Positions 25,098-35,181 of a DNA stretch of 35,181 nt are shown here, one piece after another (the stretch's first letter is position 1; each line of letters opens with the position of its first letter). This stretch comes from a virus (lineage: Duplodnaviria > Caudoviricetes): positions 1-35,181 of the IMG/VR virus record IMGVR_UViG_3300032243_001021; one strand, written 5' to 3'. The translations under genes were made by a program, and so were the position numbers. A model generated the notes under the pieces. The model saw only the letters and a list, made by a program, of their open reading frames with translations, had not been told where the DNA came from and did not search any database.

Positions 25098-25540
25098 AGT
25101 GGCGACCAGCTGAGCAGTTGATGGTGGAGTTTGTGGCGTTGAACCTGCGCCGCAGTGACAATCTGGAGTGTCGGCATGCCTATGGCATCGGCGGGGCCCA
25201 GGCGCTGCTGGAGGCCTGGATGGCATCGAGCATTGTTCACTGCATCTGTGCCGACAACGGGGAGCCCCTGGGCGTGGCTGGCCTCAATGGGAGCGTGATC
25301 TGGCTGCTGGGAACCGATGGCCTGACGGCAACACCACAGCGACGAGCAGCGCTGGCCCTGGGTGGCCGGCGCTGGACGGACATCCTGCTGGAGGAGGAGT
25401 CTCCACTGCTGGAGAACTGGGTGCTTGCAACGAACGTAGAATCGATTCGTTGGCTGAGGTCAATGGGATTCAAGATCGGCACACCTGAACCCATGGGCCC
25501 TAGCTGCCAGCTATTCCGCCATGCCTGGAGGGAACGCTGA
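25094..25540 (+). CDS. gp13: gp13-like protein (acetyltransferase-like fold)
   Basis: NLRRSDNLEC...IWLLGT...LENWV...N..SIRWLRSMGF. Confidence 0.85.
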   Translation: MKWRPAEQLMVEFVALNLRRSDNLECRHAYGIGGAQALLEAWMASSIVHCICADNGEPLGVAGLNGSVIWLLGTDGLTATPQRRAALALGGRRWTDILLEEESPLLENWVLATNVESIRWLRSMGFKIGTPEPMGPSCQLFRHAWRER

Positions 25541-26379
25541 TGGCAACGACCGGCGCTGCCCCGGCTGGGGTATTTGGCTTAGACCCAATCTCCCTTGGCA
25601 TTTCAGCCGTTTCCACTGGACTGAACCTGTTCAGTGGCATCGCCCAGAACAAGGCAAAGCAGCAGGAGTACAAGAACCAACGGGCATACCAGGGCGCGAC
25701 TGCACAGTTCAACCAATGGCAAGCCAGCCTCAATGCACGGCTATCAAACGCCGCGGCCCAGCAGCAGTATTGGCAGGACACCGTTTCCCATAACCAGTCG
25801 CTGGCCTATGTCCACCAGCTCCGCAACTTCGAGCTGACCAAGGAGGCCAACCAGGCAAGCGTGGTGGGGCAGACCCGCGCTGCAGCTGGCGCCGAGTTCA
25901 TGGTCAACAGCGAGGCCATGGCGCAGCAGTACCAGGAGGTGGGGATGCAGGAGGCCGTGGCCTTCCAGCAGTACCAGTACCGCCTGCTGCAGCAGTCCGC
26001 CGCATACCAGGCCCTGGCCCAGGAGGGGAACACGGCCGATCGGTTCGTCAATGACTTTGCTCGTCAGATGGGCGATTACCAGACCCTGAGCGAGATCAAC
26101 GAGGGGCTGCGGAACCGGCAGTACAAGCGGGACCAGCTGGGCAACGTGGCCCGCTACCTCAATGCCTACAACAGCCAGCCGTTCTACGAGAAGCAGCAGT
26201 ACCAAGACCCGATCGCCCCGTACCCGCCGATGCCGGCATTGCTGACCCCGGCGGCACCGTCCATGACCGGGGCGGCCCCTGGTGGCGTTGGCCCCCTGCA
26301 GGTTGGCACTGCCCTGCTGGGCGGGGTGAATACCTACATGACTACTGCCAGTGCGCTCGGAAAACTGAAGGCCCCCTGA
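25540..26379 (+). CDS. Internal virion (ejectosome) protein, gp14-like
   Basis: Position; hydrophobic DPISLGISAVSTG N-terminus; Gln/Ala-rich helical body. Confidence 0.75.
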   Translation: MATTGAAPAGVFGLDPISLGISAVSTGLNLFSGIAQNKAKQQEYKNQRAYQGATAQFNQWQASLNARLSNAAAQQQYWQDTVSHNQSLAYVHQLRNFELTKEANQASVVGQTRAAAGAEFMVNSEAMAQQYQEVGMQEAVAFQQYQYRLLQQSAAYQALAQEGNTADRFVNDFARQMGDYQTLSEINEGLRNRQYKRDQLGNVARYLNAYNSQPFYEKQQYQDPIAPYPPMPALLTPAAPSMTGAAPGGVGPLQVGTALLGGVNTYMTTASALGKLKAP

Positions 26380-26380
26380 T

Positions 26381-29299
26381 ATGGCACGCCAAGCTGACAA
26401 TCAGATCCAGCCAGTTGCCAGGCCCGTCCAGGCGTTCATCGAGCCGGTGCGGGTCAGCGTGGCCGAGCCTGCCAGGCCGGCGCAACTTCCTGCCTTCAGG
26501 CAGCCCGGCGTGGTGCAGCAGGGCGGCACGCCCAATGTGCAGGGGGTCAATGCGTTCGAGACGCTGGCCCAGAACCTGGAGGCGTTCAACCGGCAGCTGA
26601 CCCCGGTACTGCAGGCGGCTGGCCTCCAGTACGCCGACCAGCAGATGCGGCAAGGCGAGGCTGTGGCACGGGCCCAAGCGCTCAAGGGCCTGGCGCAGAA
26701 CGACGCCGCGATGGAGAACGCGGAGCTGAACCATGCGGCAGCAAACCGTGCGCTGGCGAAGAAGGATCCCCAGGCAGCCGGGATCATGGCGCTGCTCAAC
26801 CCGTACCGGCAGGTGGGATACGAGCGGGGCCTGGCGAAGGTGGCCGGCGGCGAGGTGGCCATTGGCCTGCCCGCCGCCATTCAGCAGCGTGCTGGTGAGA
26901 TCGACTACCTGGCGCCAGACCAGGGGCAGGGCCAGGTGCGGCGGATTGCGGACGAATACAGCACCAAGCTGATGGAGCGCTATGGCCTGACGGCCGAAAG
27001 CCCGGTGTTCCAGCGCTATGTGGCGCCGGAAGTTGAGAAGGCGCGGGAGAAGGTGGGCCTGCAGCTTGCCAAGGACCGGCAGGAGTTCCTGGACACCAAG
27101 GCGATTGAGAGCACGGCTGCACAGATGCGGAATACCTACCTTGCCGCAATGTCGTCCAAGACGGTTGAATACAACGGCACAACGTACACGCTGACTGCTG
27201 ACCCGCAACAGGCGGCAATGTTTAATTCAGCGCTGAGGAATCTGCTGCAAGGCCAACTAGATCGTGCTACGCAGACAGGAGCGTTGCCTGGCGATGGGAG
27301 GAAGCGGCAAAAGGAGATTTTCAAGACGTTGGATAAATTGGGTTGGGGTACAAATGATGGGCTCCGGCGAATGGTTGGCAGCCTTGAATCTACCGATGCA
27401 GTGATTGACGAGAAAGGCAAGCCAATCATTGACCCGGCCACAGGTAAGCCAGCGCGATTGAGACTGTCTTCTGTCTACATGGACGAGGATCTTGAGATCA
27501 GGTTCCGCTTGGGTGCTTCCCGCCGAGAGGAGCAGAAGGCGGCACGGGAAGGGCTGATGATTCAAGACTGGCAAGCATCCGACAAGGATGGCAACCCGAT
27601 TACGGCACCAGCGTTTGAAACATTTCTCTGGAAACGGATTGGCAGCCTGCCCCCAGGAGCCGAGCGCTCGCAAAGGGCTGAAGCAGCCGTAGCCGAGTAT
27701 TACAATCTATACGGGAAAGACTTGGCCAGGGTTGGGACAACGCTTCTCGCCCTAGAGAAGAAAAGCAAAGAGATAGGCGATCTTAAGAGCAGCCTGTATT
27801 TTGAGGGACAGCCTGATCCTGGCCTGGTTGAGCGAGAGCTTACCGCAATGGCGCAGAGGCGGGGCGATAGATGGAACGCTGCAGCCGAGTATCAGCGGGT
27901 CGAAACGATTGCCCAGCATTACCGAGATCCGCAAGAAGCGAACAGGGTCAGGGCGCGCCTGAATGAAGCGATCCGCGCTTTTGACAAGGACAACACCAGC
28001 ATGACGCAATACAAGGAACCCAGGGATTCCGTGACAAGCGACTTCATTACTCAGCAGCTGAATACAAACTATGGCCCGTCAGACAGGAAGAACCAGGGTG
28101 ACCGGGTTACCTCGCGTGCCCGTATGCAGAAGGCATACACACTTTACGTCGATGCTGCGATAGGCAAAGCAGAAGGGAGGAAGGGCAGCCGGCTGACCGA
28201 TACCGAGGTGCGCCAAGTCACCCTCGAAGCGCTAACCAGCTACGGCACAGGTCCAGACGGGGACAAGCAGAAGGCGTACCTGTTTCCCGGCAGCAAGTAT
28301 TACGACACGCCTGGTGTCACCCCAAAGACGAAAATGGGGGCCGCGGCCGGCGAGACGGGTCCATCCAAGTCTGGACCAGGGCCTGCCAAGCCGCAGCCGT
28401 ACAGCGGCAAGGTCTACGAGATCAACGGCCTCGACAGCATCCCCGACCGGAAGGTGCTGCTGCGTCAGTACGAGAAGCTGCCGGTGCTCAGTGCTCCAGC
28501 GCTGAACCAGCTGATTGACGCCGCGGCCCAGGGCAAGCCATGGCCCAAAGCGTTCGAGAAGGCGTGGCGGGATTCCGGTGCCCAGAACGGTGGCCAGTTC
28601 ATCCTGAAGCAGATCGAGAAGTATCAGGACAACCAGGGCAACCCTGTCTTCAACCTGCCGCCGGAGCTGCAGCAGAAGATCCTGAAGCGGGCCGCGGCCG
28701 ATGCCGGCGCCGGGGATTACATCGTGAGCCAGCGGGCCACAGCGCAGCGGTATCCCAACCTGGCGATATTGACCGGCGCTGCGCTGGATCTGGTGACCGG
28801 CGCCAGGCCAGCCTCGGCCGCGGTCATGGAGGGCCCTGGCGGTGGTGGGGTTGGGCGCAACTGGGCGGCCAGCACCTCAAATGGGGCAGCGCTGGTTCGT
28901 GTTGCCGATCGGCTTGGCTTGAGCCCTGCCGACCTGGCCGCCATCTTCAGCTTTGAGACGGGCGGAACGATGTCCCCTTCTGAGCCTGGCCGCGGCGCTG
29001 CAGCCGGCCGGGTGGGACTGATCCAAGCAGGGCCCAACGAAATGCGTGCTTACGGGATCCACGGGGGGCAGACGTTTGAGCAGCAGTTGGAGGGGGTGGC
29101 CCGATACCTGCAGGCTCGCGGGGTCAAGCCTGGGATGGGGCTGCCTGATCTCTACGCCGCAGTGAATGGCGGGAACGTGGGGGCCGGCTGGGCTGAAGAC
29201 GGCAACGGAACGGTGGCCCGGTCGGCGGCCACGCAGCGCCGGCTGCGCGAACACCGAGCCCAGGCGATCCGGCGCCTTGGCCTTTCACCACGGAACTGA
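26381..29299 (+). CDS. Internal virion protein, gp15-like, with a C-terminal lysozyme/transglycosylase-like domain
   Basis: Position; the C-terminus VADRLGLSPADLAAIFSFETGG...GLIQ...EQQLEGVARYL...DLYAAV is lysozyme-fold-like. Confidence 0.8.
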   Translation: MARQADNQIQPVARPVQAFIEPVRVSVAEPARPAQLPAFRQPGVVQQGGTPNVQGVNAFETLAQNLEAFNRQLTPVLQAAGLQYADQQMRQGEAVARAQALKGLAQNDAAMENAELNHAAANRALAKKDPQAAGIMALLNPYRQVGYERGLAKVAGGEVAIGLPAAIQQRAGEIDYLAPDQGQGQVRRIADEYSTKLMERYGLTAESPVFQRYVAPEVEKAREKVGLQLAKDRQEFLDTKAIESTAAQMRNTYLAAMSSKTVEYNGTTYTLTADPQQAAMFNSALRNLLQGQLDRATQTGALPGDGRKRQKEIFKTLDKLGWGTNDGLRRMVGSLESTDAVIDEKGKPIIDPATGKPARLRLSSVYMDEDLEIRFRLGASRREEQKAAREGLMIQDWQASDKDGNPITAPAFETFLWKRIGSLPPGAERSQRAEAAVAEYYNLYGKDLARVGTTLLALEKKSKEIGDLKSSLYFEGQPDPGLVERELTAMAQRRGDRWNAAAEYQRVETIAQHYRDPQEANRVRARLNEAIRAFDKDNTSMTQYKEPRDSVTSDFITQQLNTNYGPSDRKNQGDRVTSRARMQKAYTLYVDAAIGKAEGRKGSRLTDTEVRQVTLEALTSYGTGPDGDKQKAYLFPGSKYYDTPGVTPKTKMGAAAGETGPSKSGPGPAKPQPYSGKVYEINGLDSIPDRKVLLRQYEKLPVLSAPALNQLIDAAAQGKPWPKAFEKAWRDSGAQNGGQFILKQIEKYQDNQGNPVFNLPPELQQKILKRAAADAGAGDYIVSQRATAQRYPNLAILTGAALDLVTGARPASAAVMEGPGGGGVGRNWAASTSNGAALVRVADRLGLSPADLAAIFSFETGGTMSPSEPGRGAAAGRVGLIQAGPNEMRAYGIHGGQTFEQQLEGVARYLQARGVKPGMGLPDLYAAVNGGNVGAGWAEDGNGTVARSAATQRRLREHRAQAIRRLGLSPRN

Positions 29300-29302
29300 C
29301 CC

Positions 29303-32300
29303 ATGCCCTACACCTACGAGAAGGACAGGAACGGTCGCTGGCGTGCCCGTGGCGATGCAGCTGGCAGCGTGCCGATGTCTGGTGGCGGGTTTGGGCCGGC
29401 CAAACCGACACCGAAGCGCAAGGAGAAGCCCCAAGAGCATCCGTGGTGGTGGCATGTCACCCCGCAGGGCCTGGGCAACGACCTGAGGTACGAGGGCAAG
29501 CGAGCGCAGCAGTTCAACAAGCCGCTGCCCACCGATCGGAAGCCGGTGCTGCCGATCCAGCGGCTGATTTATGCGCTGCCTCCTGTCGCCCGCCAGGTGG
29601 TGGTCGGCGCCACAGTTCGTGCTGGATCCGATGCCGCCTTGGCCGGGGTCAATTTCGGCCAGCGGGCCTTGGGCAACGCCAGCCGGGCAATGGACAAGAT
29701 GGGCATCAGCAACCCAGTGGCGCGGGCTATCGCGCTGCCGGCGTTTGCCCCGGCCCTGCTGCCCATGGGCCTGTTTGGGCCATCGCGGGATCCCGAGGCA
29801 ACGTTGCCAGGTAAGGCGATCCTTGCGGCAGGCAGGGCCGCCACCAAGGCGCTGGGCGGCCGGTTGCCGGAGGAGATGTCGCCATCGAATCGGGATGTCT
29901 ATGAGGGCATCCCAGCTGGTTTTGCAATGAACGCCGCCCTGGCCCCGGTGGAGGCGCTGCAGGTTGGCCGAGCGATCAAGGGTGCGGGCGTTGCGGCCAA
30001 GGCAGCGCGATGGGGGCTGAACACGGCGGCCAACGAAGGCGCCGCCAACCTCGTCACCGACAACACGATGGGCGGGCCCAGCAGCCTGCTGAAGGCGGTT
30101 GGTGTGCCGGTGCCGGATGCGCTGTCGGCTGACCCGACGCGAGACGACCGGATCTCCGCTGGCATCCGCGAAATCCCGGCATCCATGGTGTTTGCTGGCG
30201 CCCTGGGCGGTGCAGCGGGACTGCTTGAACGGTTCCCGCACATTGCCAGGGCGATTCGAGACAACCGCACAGCGCAGGATCTGAGCAGTGCCCGCCAGAA
30301 GACGGTGGCCAATGGGCTGCAGGAGCCGGACCCGACCACTGGGGGCCACAACTTCACGCAGACCGCGACGACGCCGCCTCCACCCCCACCGGCCAAGCCC
30401 GCCAGATCACAACTGGAACAAAGCGCGGCTGCGCTGGGCATCACCCCAGAGGAGCTGGCCGCCCGCCGGGGTATGCCGTACAACCCCACCAGCCAGCCGC
30501 CACCGGCCCCGGCTCCGGCGGCACAACCGCGGGCGATCCCCTCGATTGAGGGCGGCGACTTCACCACCTTTGGCAAGGCTTCCCCTGACGGCCGCCTGCC
30601 ACAGGCCGATCCGGCGCTGGATCCGTGGGCGGCAACCACCGCCCCCGAGGCCCCGGCAGCAGCTGCAGCCCCTGCCCCCATGGCAGCGCCGGAGCCCGCC
30701 GCACCGAAGGCCCCGGCCGCGGCCGACGACATGGCGGCGCCGGTGTACGACCCGGAGCTACCGGAGATCGACCACGTTGCCCTGGCCCTGGAGCGGTTGG
30801 ATCCGGCTGCGGTTGAGCAGATCGCGCAGACCCCTGGCCCGGTGCTGCCACGGATCGAGGAGGCTCTGGCCAATCGGCAGCCGGTGGCCCCGCGGCCGGA
30901 GCTGGAGGTGAGCCGCATTGCGGCCCCCAGCAACAACCTGGCTGAGATTGAGGTCTTCAACAAGAAAACCGGGAAGACGGAGGTGCTTGCTTCGCACCTT
31001 GACCAGTGGACCAAGCTTGGCGACGACGCTCTCATTGGCGCGTTTCACCCTCAGATCAATCCTGATCTGTTCAACTTCATCCACGGGCTGACTGGGCGTT
31101 CATACGAGGAGCTGACCCGCAACGATGCGCTGGAAGCCCTGTCCTCCCTGCGGGACAAGGGAATGACGCTGATGCCTGCTCGCATGAGCCAGGGCCAGGA
31201 GTTCATGGCCCCGAAGGACATGGCCGCGGACCCCGGCACCTTCCAGTACAAGGGCAACACCGACAAGAACGGCGTGCAGCCAGGCGGGAGCCTCGATGGG
31301 GTGACTCGCTGGAGCACCCACATGGAACAGCAGGTGATGGTCTGGGACGACCCGAAAAAGGGCAAAACGTTTGTGGTCAATGGTCACAACAGCCGCCAGA
31401 AGGCCCTCGACTTGGGGATCCCCAGCTTGCCGATCGAGCGGATCCTGGCCAAGACGCCGCAGCAGGCGCGGATCATCGGCGCCCTGCGGAACATCGGGAG
31501 CGGTGGCGGCAACATCTGGGATGCCGGCAGGTTCTTCCGCGACACCGGCATCACCACGCCGGAGCAGATCAAGCTGGCCGGGGTGCCCCTGGCGGCCACT
31601 TCTGGCCACGGAAAGGCAGGCCTCCAGCTGGCGGCGCTGCCCGACAACATCTTCCAGGCTGGCCTGACGGGTGAACTGAAAGAGCCCAGGGCCCTGGAGC
31701 TGGGCGGGTCTGGGCTGAGCCCCGAGAAGATGCAATCGGTCTGGAACGAGTACCAGGCAGACAAGGACTTTCGGACCGGGGAAGGCTTCCGTGACCTGAT
31801 TGACCTTGCCAGGGACACGCCGACCACCAAGAACCAGACCGGCCGGATTGTCCAGGACAGCCTGCCGGGACTGGAAACGGCAGCAGAGCGCGACCTGACG
31901 AAGACCAAGTTGAAGCTGGCGCGGAAGGTGGCCGACAACCTGAGGACCGACAAGAACGCGCTGCGTGGCGCCGCCCGCAATGCCACAACCCTGGAGGGGA
32001 AGGGCAACAACAAGATCGACGCCAACGCATCCATGCAGGCCGGCCTTGAAACCGCGCAGCTGGCCGATGTCTTCGATGCGCTGAAGTTCAAGGCCGACAA
32101 CGACATCAGCAAGCTGCTGAACGAAGGCGCCGCTGAAGTTGCGGCTGGAGCCAAGATGGACATGGTGGCCCGCCGGATCCAGGGCGAGCTGGGCCAGGCC
32201 GCCGAGAAGGTGATGCTGCCGGCCAAGGCTGCGGAACCCGCTGCACCGGCCCCGGTGGCACCCGAGCCGCCGATGCCCAAGACGGCCCAGGACCATGAGG

Positions 32301-33481
32301 CCAACCAGATGCTGGTGCTCAACCGGGCTGCAGCGCAGGGCGAGGTGCGGCCATCAGCCACCCCAATCCCGGTGCCACCAGCACCTCCCGAGATCGACGT
32401 GGCCAAGGCCGCCAAGGGGATCGACGCGCAGGACGTGATGGGCGGCGACAGCCAGCTCAAGTTCGCCCAGCAGCAGCGGCAGCAGGCCGTGGATGCAGGC
32501 GACACCAAGGCCGTGGAGGCATGGGACAAGGAGATCAGGAAGGTCAACCAGGGCCGGCTGGGCGCAGCCATGGATGCACAGGACGCCAGCCAGACCGGAC
32601 TGTTCGGGGTGACTGAATACGACAACTCGATGCCGCTGTTCGACCAGTCGAAGCTGGATGCCGAGGAGGCGCGGCTGGCAGCCGAATACAAGGAGCGCGA
32701 CACGGCGATGCAGCAGGAGGTGGCCAGGGCCGAACGCGAGGCCACGGGCTACCACGACATGACCTTTGACCAGAAGAAGGCTGAGGCCGGCATCGCGGAA
32801 GGATGGGCACCGGCTGAGCTGCCGCCAGCGCCAAAGGCTGAGCCAACGCCTTGGAACAAGTTTCCTGCTGGTTCACCGGAAGAACAGTGGAGTATGCGTT
32901 CTTCCGCGGGCAAACTTGACGTAGACGCCAAGGCCGCAGAAGCCAAGGCCCTGCTACTCAGCCCAACAAAGCTCAAAAACCGATTAGCAGCTGAAGCAAA
33001 ATACAACAAAGAAATCGCTGTCTCCCTTGAATACCTAGAAGAACTACCCGGTTCCAATTCTCCAAAAGAACTGACCAATGAGCAGTTTGACAAGAAATGG
33101 GGCATAGATGAAAGCAAGCATCCAGTGCAACCCAAGCAGCCGACAGCAATCCGCGATCTTCAGAAGCATCGCTGGGCAGAGCGCTACTTGAAGTGGTATG
33201 AGGCCGAACATGGGGCAAAGGGTGCGACCCCGGCACCGGAGGCTGCCGCGCCACCAAACCCAGCCGCAACCAAGGCCCAATTTGATGAGCTGGCTGCCAC
33301 GCTCCGCCAGGTAGACGACGGCAAGCTGAAAGGCGTGTCCAAGAAAGCCCTGGCCGCAGCGGAGAAGGGCGACCATTCCCTGGCACTGGCGGAGGCGACA
33401 GACTATGCGAGTCGCCGGATGGCCGAGATCGACACAAAGATCGAGGACATCAAACGACGCGCCATTGAGGAGGGCTGCTGA
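29303..33481 (+). CDS. Large internal virion protein with a ParB/Srx-like domain
   Basis: 1392-aa ORF; FQYKG...SLDGVTRW...VMVWDD...FVVNGHN at about 31240-31400. Confidence 0.75.
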   Translation: MPYTYEKDRNGRWRARGDAAGSVPMSGGGFGPAKPTPKRKEKPQEHPWWWHVTPQGLGNDLRYEGKRAQQFNKPLPTDRKPVLPIQRLIYALPPVARQVVVGATVRAGSDAALAGVNFGQRALGNASRAMDKMGISNPVARAIALPAFAPALLPMGLFGPSRDPEATLPGKAILAAGRAATKALGGRLPEEMSPSNRDVYEGIPAGFAMNAALAPVEALQVGRAIKGAGVAAKAARWGLNTAANEGAANLVTDNTMGGPSSLLKAVGVPVPDALSADPTRDDRISAGIREIPASMVFAGALGGAAGLLERFPHIARAIRDNRTAQDLSSARQKTVANGLQEPDPTTGGHNFTQTATTPPPPPPAKPARSQLEQSAAALGITPEELAARRGMPYNPTSQPPPAPAPAAQPRAIPSIEGGDFTTFGKASPDGRLPQADPALDPWAATTAPEAPAAAAAPAPMAAPEPAAPKAPAAADDMAAPVYDPELPEIDHVALALERLDPAAVEQIAQTPGPVLPRIEEALANRQPVAPRPELEVSRIAAPSNNLAEIEVFNKKTGKTEVLASHLDQWTKLGDDALIGAFHPQINPDLFNFIHGLTGRSYEELTRNDALEALSSLRDKGMTLMPARMSQGQEFMAPKDMAADPGTFQYKGNTDKNGVQPGGSLDGVTRWSTHMEQQVMVWDDPKKGKTFVVNGHNSRQKALDLGIPSLPIERILAKTPQQARIIGALRNIGSGGGNIWDAGRFFRDTGITTPEQIKLAGVPLAATSGHGKAGLQLAALPDNIFQAGLTGELKEPRALELGGSGLSPEKMQSVWNEYQADKDFRTGEGFRDLIDLARDTPTTKNQTGRIVQDSLPGLETAAERDLTKTKLKLARKVADNLRTDKNALRGAARNATTLEGKGNNKIDANASMQAGLETAQLADVFDALKFKADNDISKLLNEGAAEVAAGAKMDMVARRIQGELGQAAEKVMLPAKAAEPAAPAPVAPEPPMPKTAQDHEANQMLVLNRAAAQGEVRPSATPIPVPPAPPEIDVAKAAKGIDAQDVMGGDSQLKFAQQQRQQAVDAGDTKAVEAWDKEIRKVNQGRLGAAMDAQDASQTGLFGVTEYDNSMPLFDQSKLDAEEARLAAEYKERDTAMQQEVARAEREATGYHDMTFDQKKAEAGIAEGWAPAELPPAPKAEPTPWNKFPAGSPEEQWSMRSSAGKLDVDAKAAEAKALLLSPTKLKNRLAAEAKYNKEIAVSLEYLEELPGSNSPKELTNEQFDKKWGIDESKHPVQPKQPTAIRDLQKHRWAERYLKWYEAEHGAKGATPAPEAAAPPNPAATKAQFDELAATLRQVDDGKLKGVSKKALAAAEKGDHSLALAEATDYASRRMAEIDTKIEDIKRRAIEEGC

Positions 33482-33483
33482 CC

Positions 33484-35181
33484 TTGGCCAACAACTGCGA
33501 CGACAGCTTCCAGGAGAAACAACGCCAGCAACGTGATCGCAAGGCGCTGGACGACGTGCTCCGGCGGGCCATGGGCGGCCAGGCCGCGGCAGCCGGCGAG
33601 GACGTGCCTGCCGTGTTCCTGCGGGATCGCACCACCGGCGAGATGGTGGAGGTTGATTTTGGCCGCTACTTCAAGGAAGCCCTGATGGCCGATTCGTACG
33701 CCATGCAGGACTTCGCTGATAGGGCCATTGGCGAGCGCCGGCTGCCAGCTGGTGACCAGGGATGGTTCATCAACACTGTCCAGCTGGTCGATCGCCTGGG
33801 CTTTGACGATGCCAAGCAGATGGTGGCCCTGCTGGAAACCTTCAACAACAGCTGGGAAAGGAACAACCCGACCGACTTTCTCCGGGCCACGGCGATCAAC
33901 GACCGAGAGGCGTTTGCTCAGCGCCTGGCCGATGGGTTTGCCACTGCCGATCACGCCCTCGACAAGGACGGCCTGGCCCAGGCGATCACCACCAACGTGG
34001 CGCCGTTCCTCTCGATCCTCGACAACCAGACCCGGCTGCAGGTGTTTGCCGACATGACGCGGGTGAATCTCGGCAGCAAGCTGGCCCTGATCCGCAAGCA
34101 GATCAACGACACCGGGCTGCCGCCAACGGTTGAGGTCAAGCAGGAGTTTGTCGATGCCTACCGCAAGGCCGTGTTTGCCACCCGTTCAGCGGCCCTGTCC
34201 CGGCGGGTATCAGGGCAGCTGCTGCAGCAGCTGCAGCGCGATCCAGGCATGGACCTGACCGGCTTCATCGGCAGGGTCCATGACGACATCTTCGAGCAGG
34301 CCACCCGGATCTTTGGCGACAAGGACGTGGTGCAAGCCGATGGCCTGGTTGGCAGGGTGGCGGAAGCCTCCAGCCGCGGCGTCGATGGCTTGGACGACCT
34401 GGCCAGGATCGCTGACACCATGGAGGAGGAGCTGGCGGACCCCGCGGCGCCGCCGGTTGACGCGGACTTCAAGCACAACTGGCGCCGCAATGCCAAGGCC
34501 TACGTCAAGGACAGCCAGCTGTTCAGCGGCAACACGCAGCTGGTCAACAACTACCTGAGCGGCAAGCTGATTTTCGCGGCCGAGGGGGTCCGCAAGGCCG
34601 GCGAGAACGGTGTGCGGCTGCGGGCCATGGACCTGACGCAGCCGATCGGGACCAAGTGGACCCGGACACTACTGAGTACCGACAAGACGCTGGAGGGCTA
34701 CAGGGTGGCCGCAGAGGCGGGGATCATCGCCCATGACGTGGTGCGGCAGAGCTGGAAGGAGTCGCTGCGCTACCACTTCATGGAGGCTGACACCCCGTTT
34801 GCGGGCAACCCGGACACGCTGGGCACCAAGGGGACGCAGGACATCGCTGAGCAGTACGACGCTGCACTGAAGGTGCTCTATGGAGAGAACATTGGCGACG
34901 ACGGCAAACGCAAAGTGCGGGACATGTATCAGGAGCAGGGGCAAGGCGGGCTCACTGACGTGCGAATGACGAGCGCCAACGAGCCATCGGTGGGCAATTT
35001 TTTCGGATCCCTGGCGGACGAGAACCCAGTTGATTGGCCGCTGCTGCTGCGGGACAAGGCGTTTGTCGGCATGAAGCTGATGGCCAACCACCTGATCGAG
35101 AAGCAGACGGGTCAGCGCCTGCCGGTGACCTCCGCGCTGCAGATGATGGGCGCCGTGGATCACCGGGCTGGCCTGCGGGTC
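33484..35181 (+). CDS. Further large internal virion protein, truncated at the right edge
   Basis: TTG start 2 nt after the upstream stop: MANNCDDSFQEKQRQQRDRKALDDVLRRAMGG...; the frame appears open to the window end with phage-like codon use; absent from the ORF track because it has no stop. Confidence 0.8.
   Translation, partial: MANNCDDSFQEKQRQQRDRKALDDVLRRAMGGQAAAAGEDVPAVFLRDRTTGEMVEVDFGRYFKEALMADSYAMQDFADRAIGERRLPAGDQGWFINTVQLVDRLGFDDAKQMVALLETFNNSWERNNPTDFLRATAINDREAFAQRLADGFATADHALDKDGLAQAITTNVAPFLSILDNQTRLQVFADMTRVNLGSKLALIRKQINDTGLPPTVEVKQEFVDAYRKAVFATRSAALSRRVSGQLLQQLQRDPGMDLTGFIGRVHDDIFEQATRIFGDKDVVQADGLVGRVAEASSRGVDGLDDLARIADTMEEELADPAAPPVDADFKHNWRRNAKAYVKDSQLFSGNTQLVNNYLSGKLIFAAEGVRKAGENGVRLRAMDLTQPIGTKWTRTLLSTDKTLEGYRVAAEAGIIAHDVVRQSWKESLRYHFMEADTPFAGNPDTLGTKGTQDIAEQYDAALKVLYGENIGDDGKRKVRDMYQEQGQGGLTDVRMTSANEPSVGNFFGSLADENPVDWPLLLRDKAFVGMKLMANHLIEKQTGQRLPVTSALQMMGAVDHRAGLRV

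Noticed and set aside
18891-32745. Long minus-strand ORFs (e.g. 18891..19982, 29899..31035, 31100..32296, 31384..32745)
   Set aside because: Antisense shadows of high-GC genes with no recognisable motifs.

Overview
The window is about 35 kb of a high-GC, temperate, T7-like podophage (Autographiviridae-like). The host is most likely a picocyanobacterium (Synechococcus/Cyanobium type), inferred from the MarR-int-attP(tRNA-Leu)-RNAP layout. From left to right it holds: (1) a leftward block with a truncated C5 DNA methyltransferase, two hypothetical genes and two paralogous winged-helix genes; (2) a ~1 kb repeat-rich non-coding control region; (3) small early genes, two MarR-like regulators, a tyrosine integrase and an intact attP carrying the 5' half of tRNA-Leu(UAA); (4) T7-type RNA polymerase, SSB, KilA-N, resolvase and exonuclease; (5) a T7-like morphogenesis block (portal, scaffold, capsid, tail tube A/B, internal virion proteins) that runs off the right end. 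Four things stand out. There is no DNA polymerase or primase-helicase at their usual place, and instead a putative initiator/loader pair plus an SSB ending in a bacterial-type IPF tail. A 10-bp TCACCCGACA motif recurs just upstream of many start codons, often behind a hairpin. Tail adaptor gp11 is fused to a fibre-like region. The attP geometry would point the host tRNA promoter at the phage RNAP gene after integration. All calls come from motif recognition by eye; no database searches were run.
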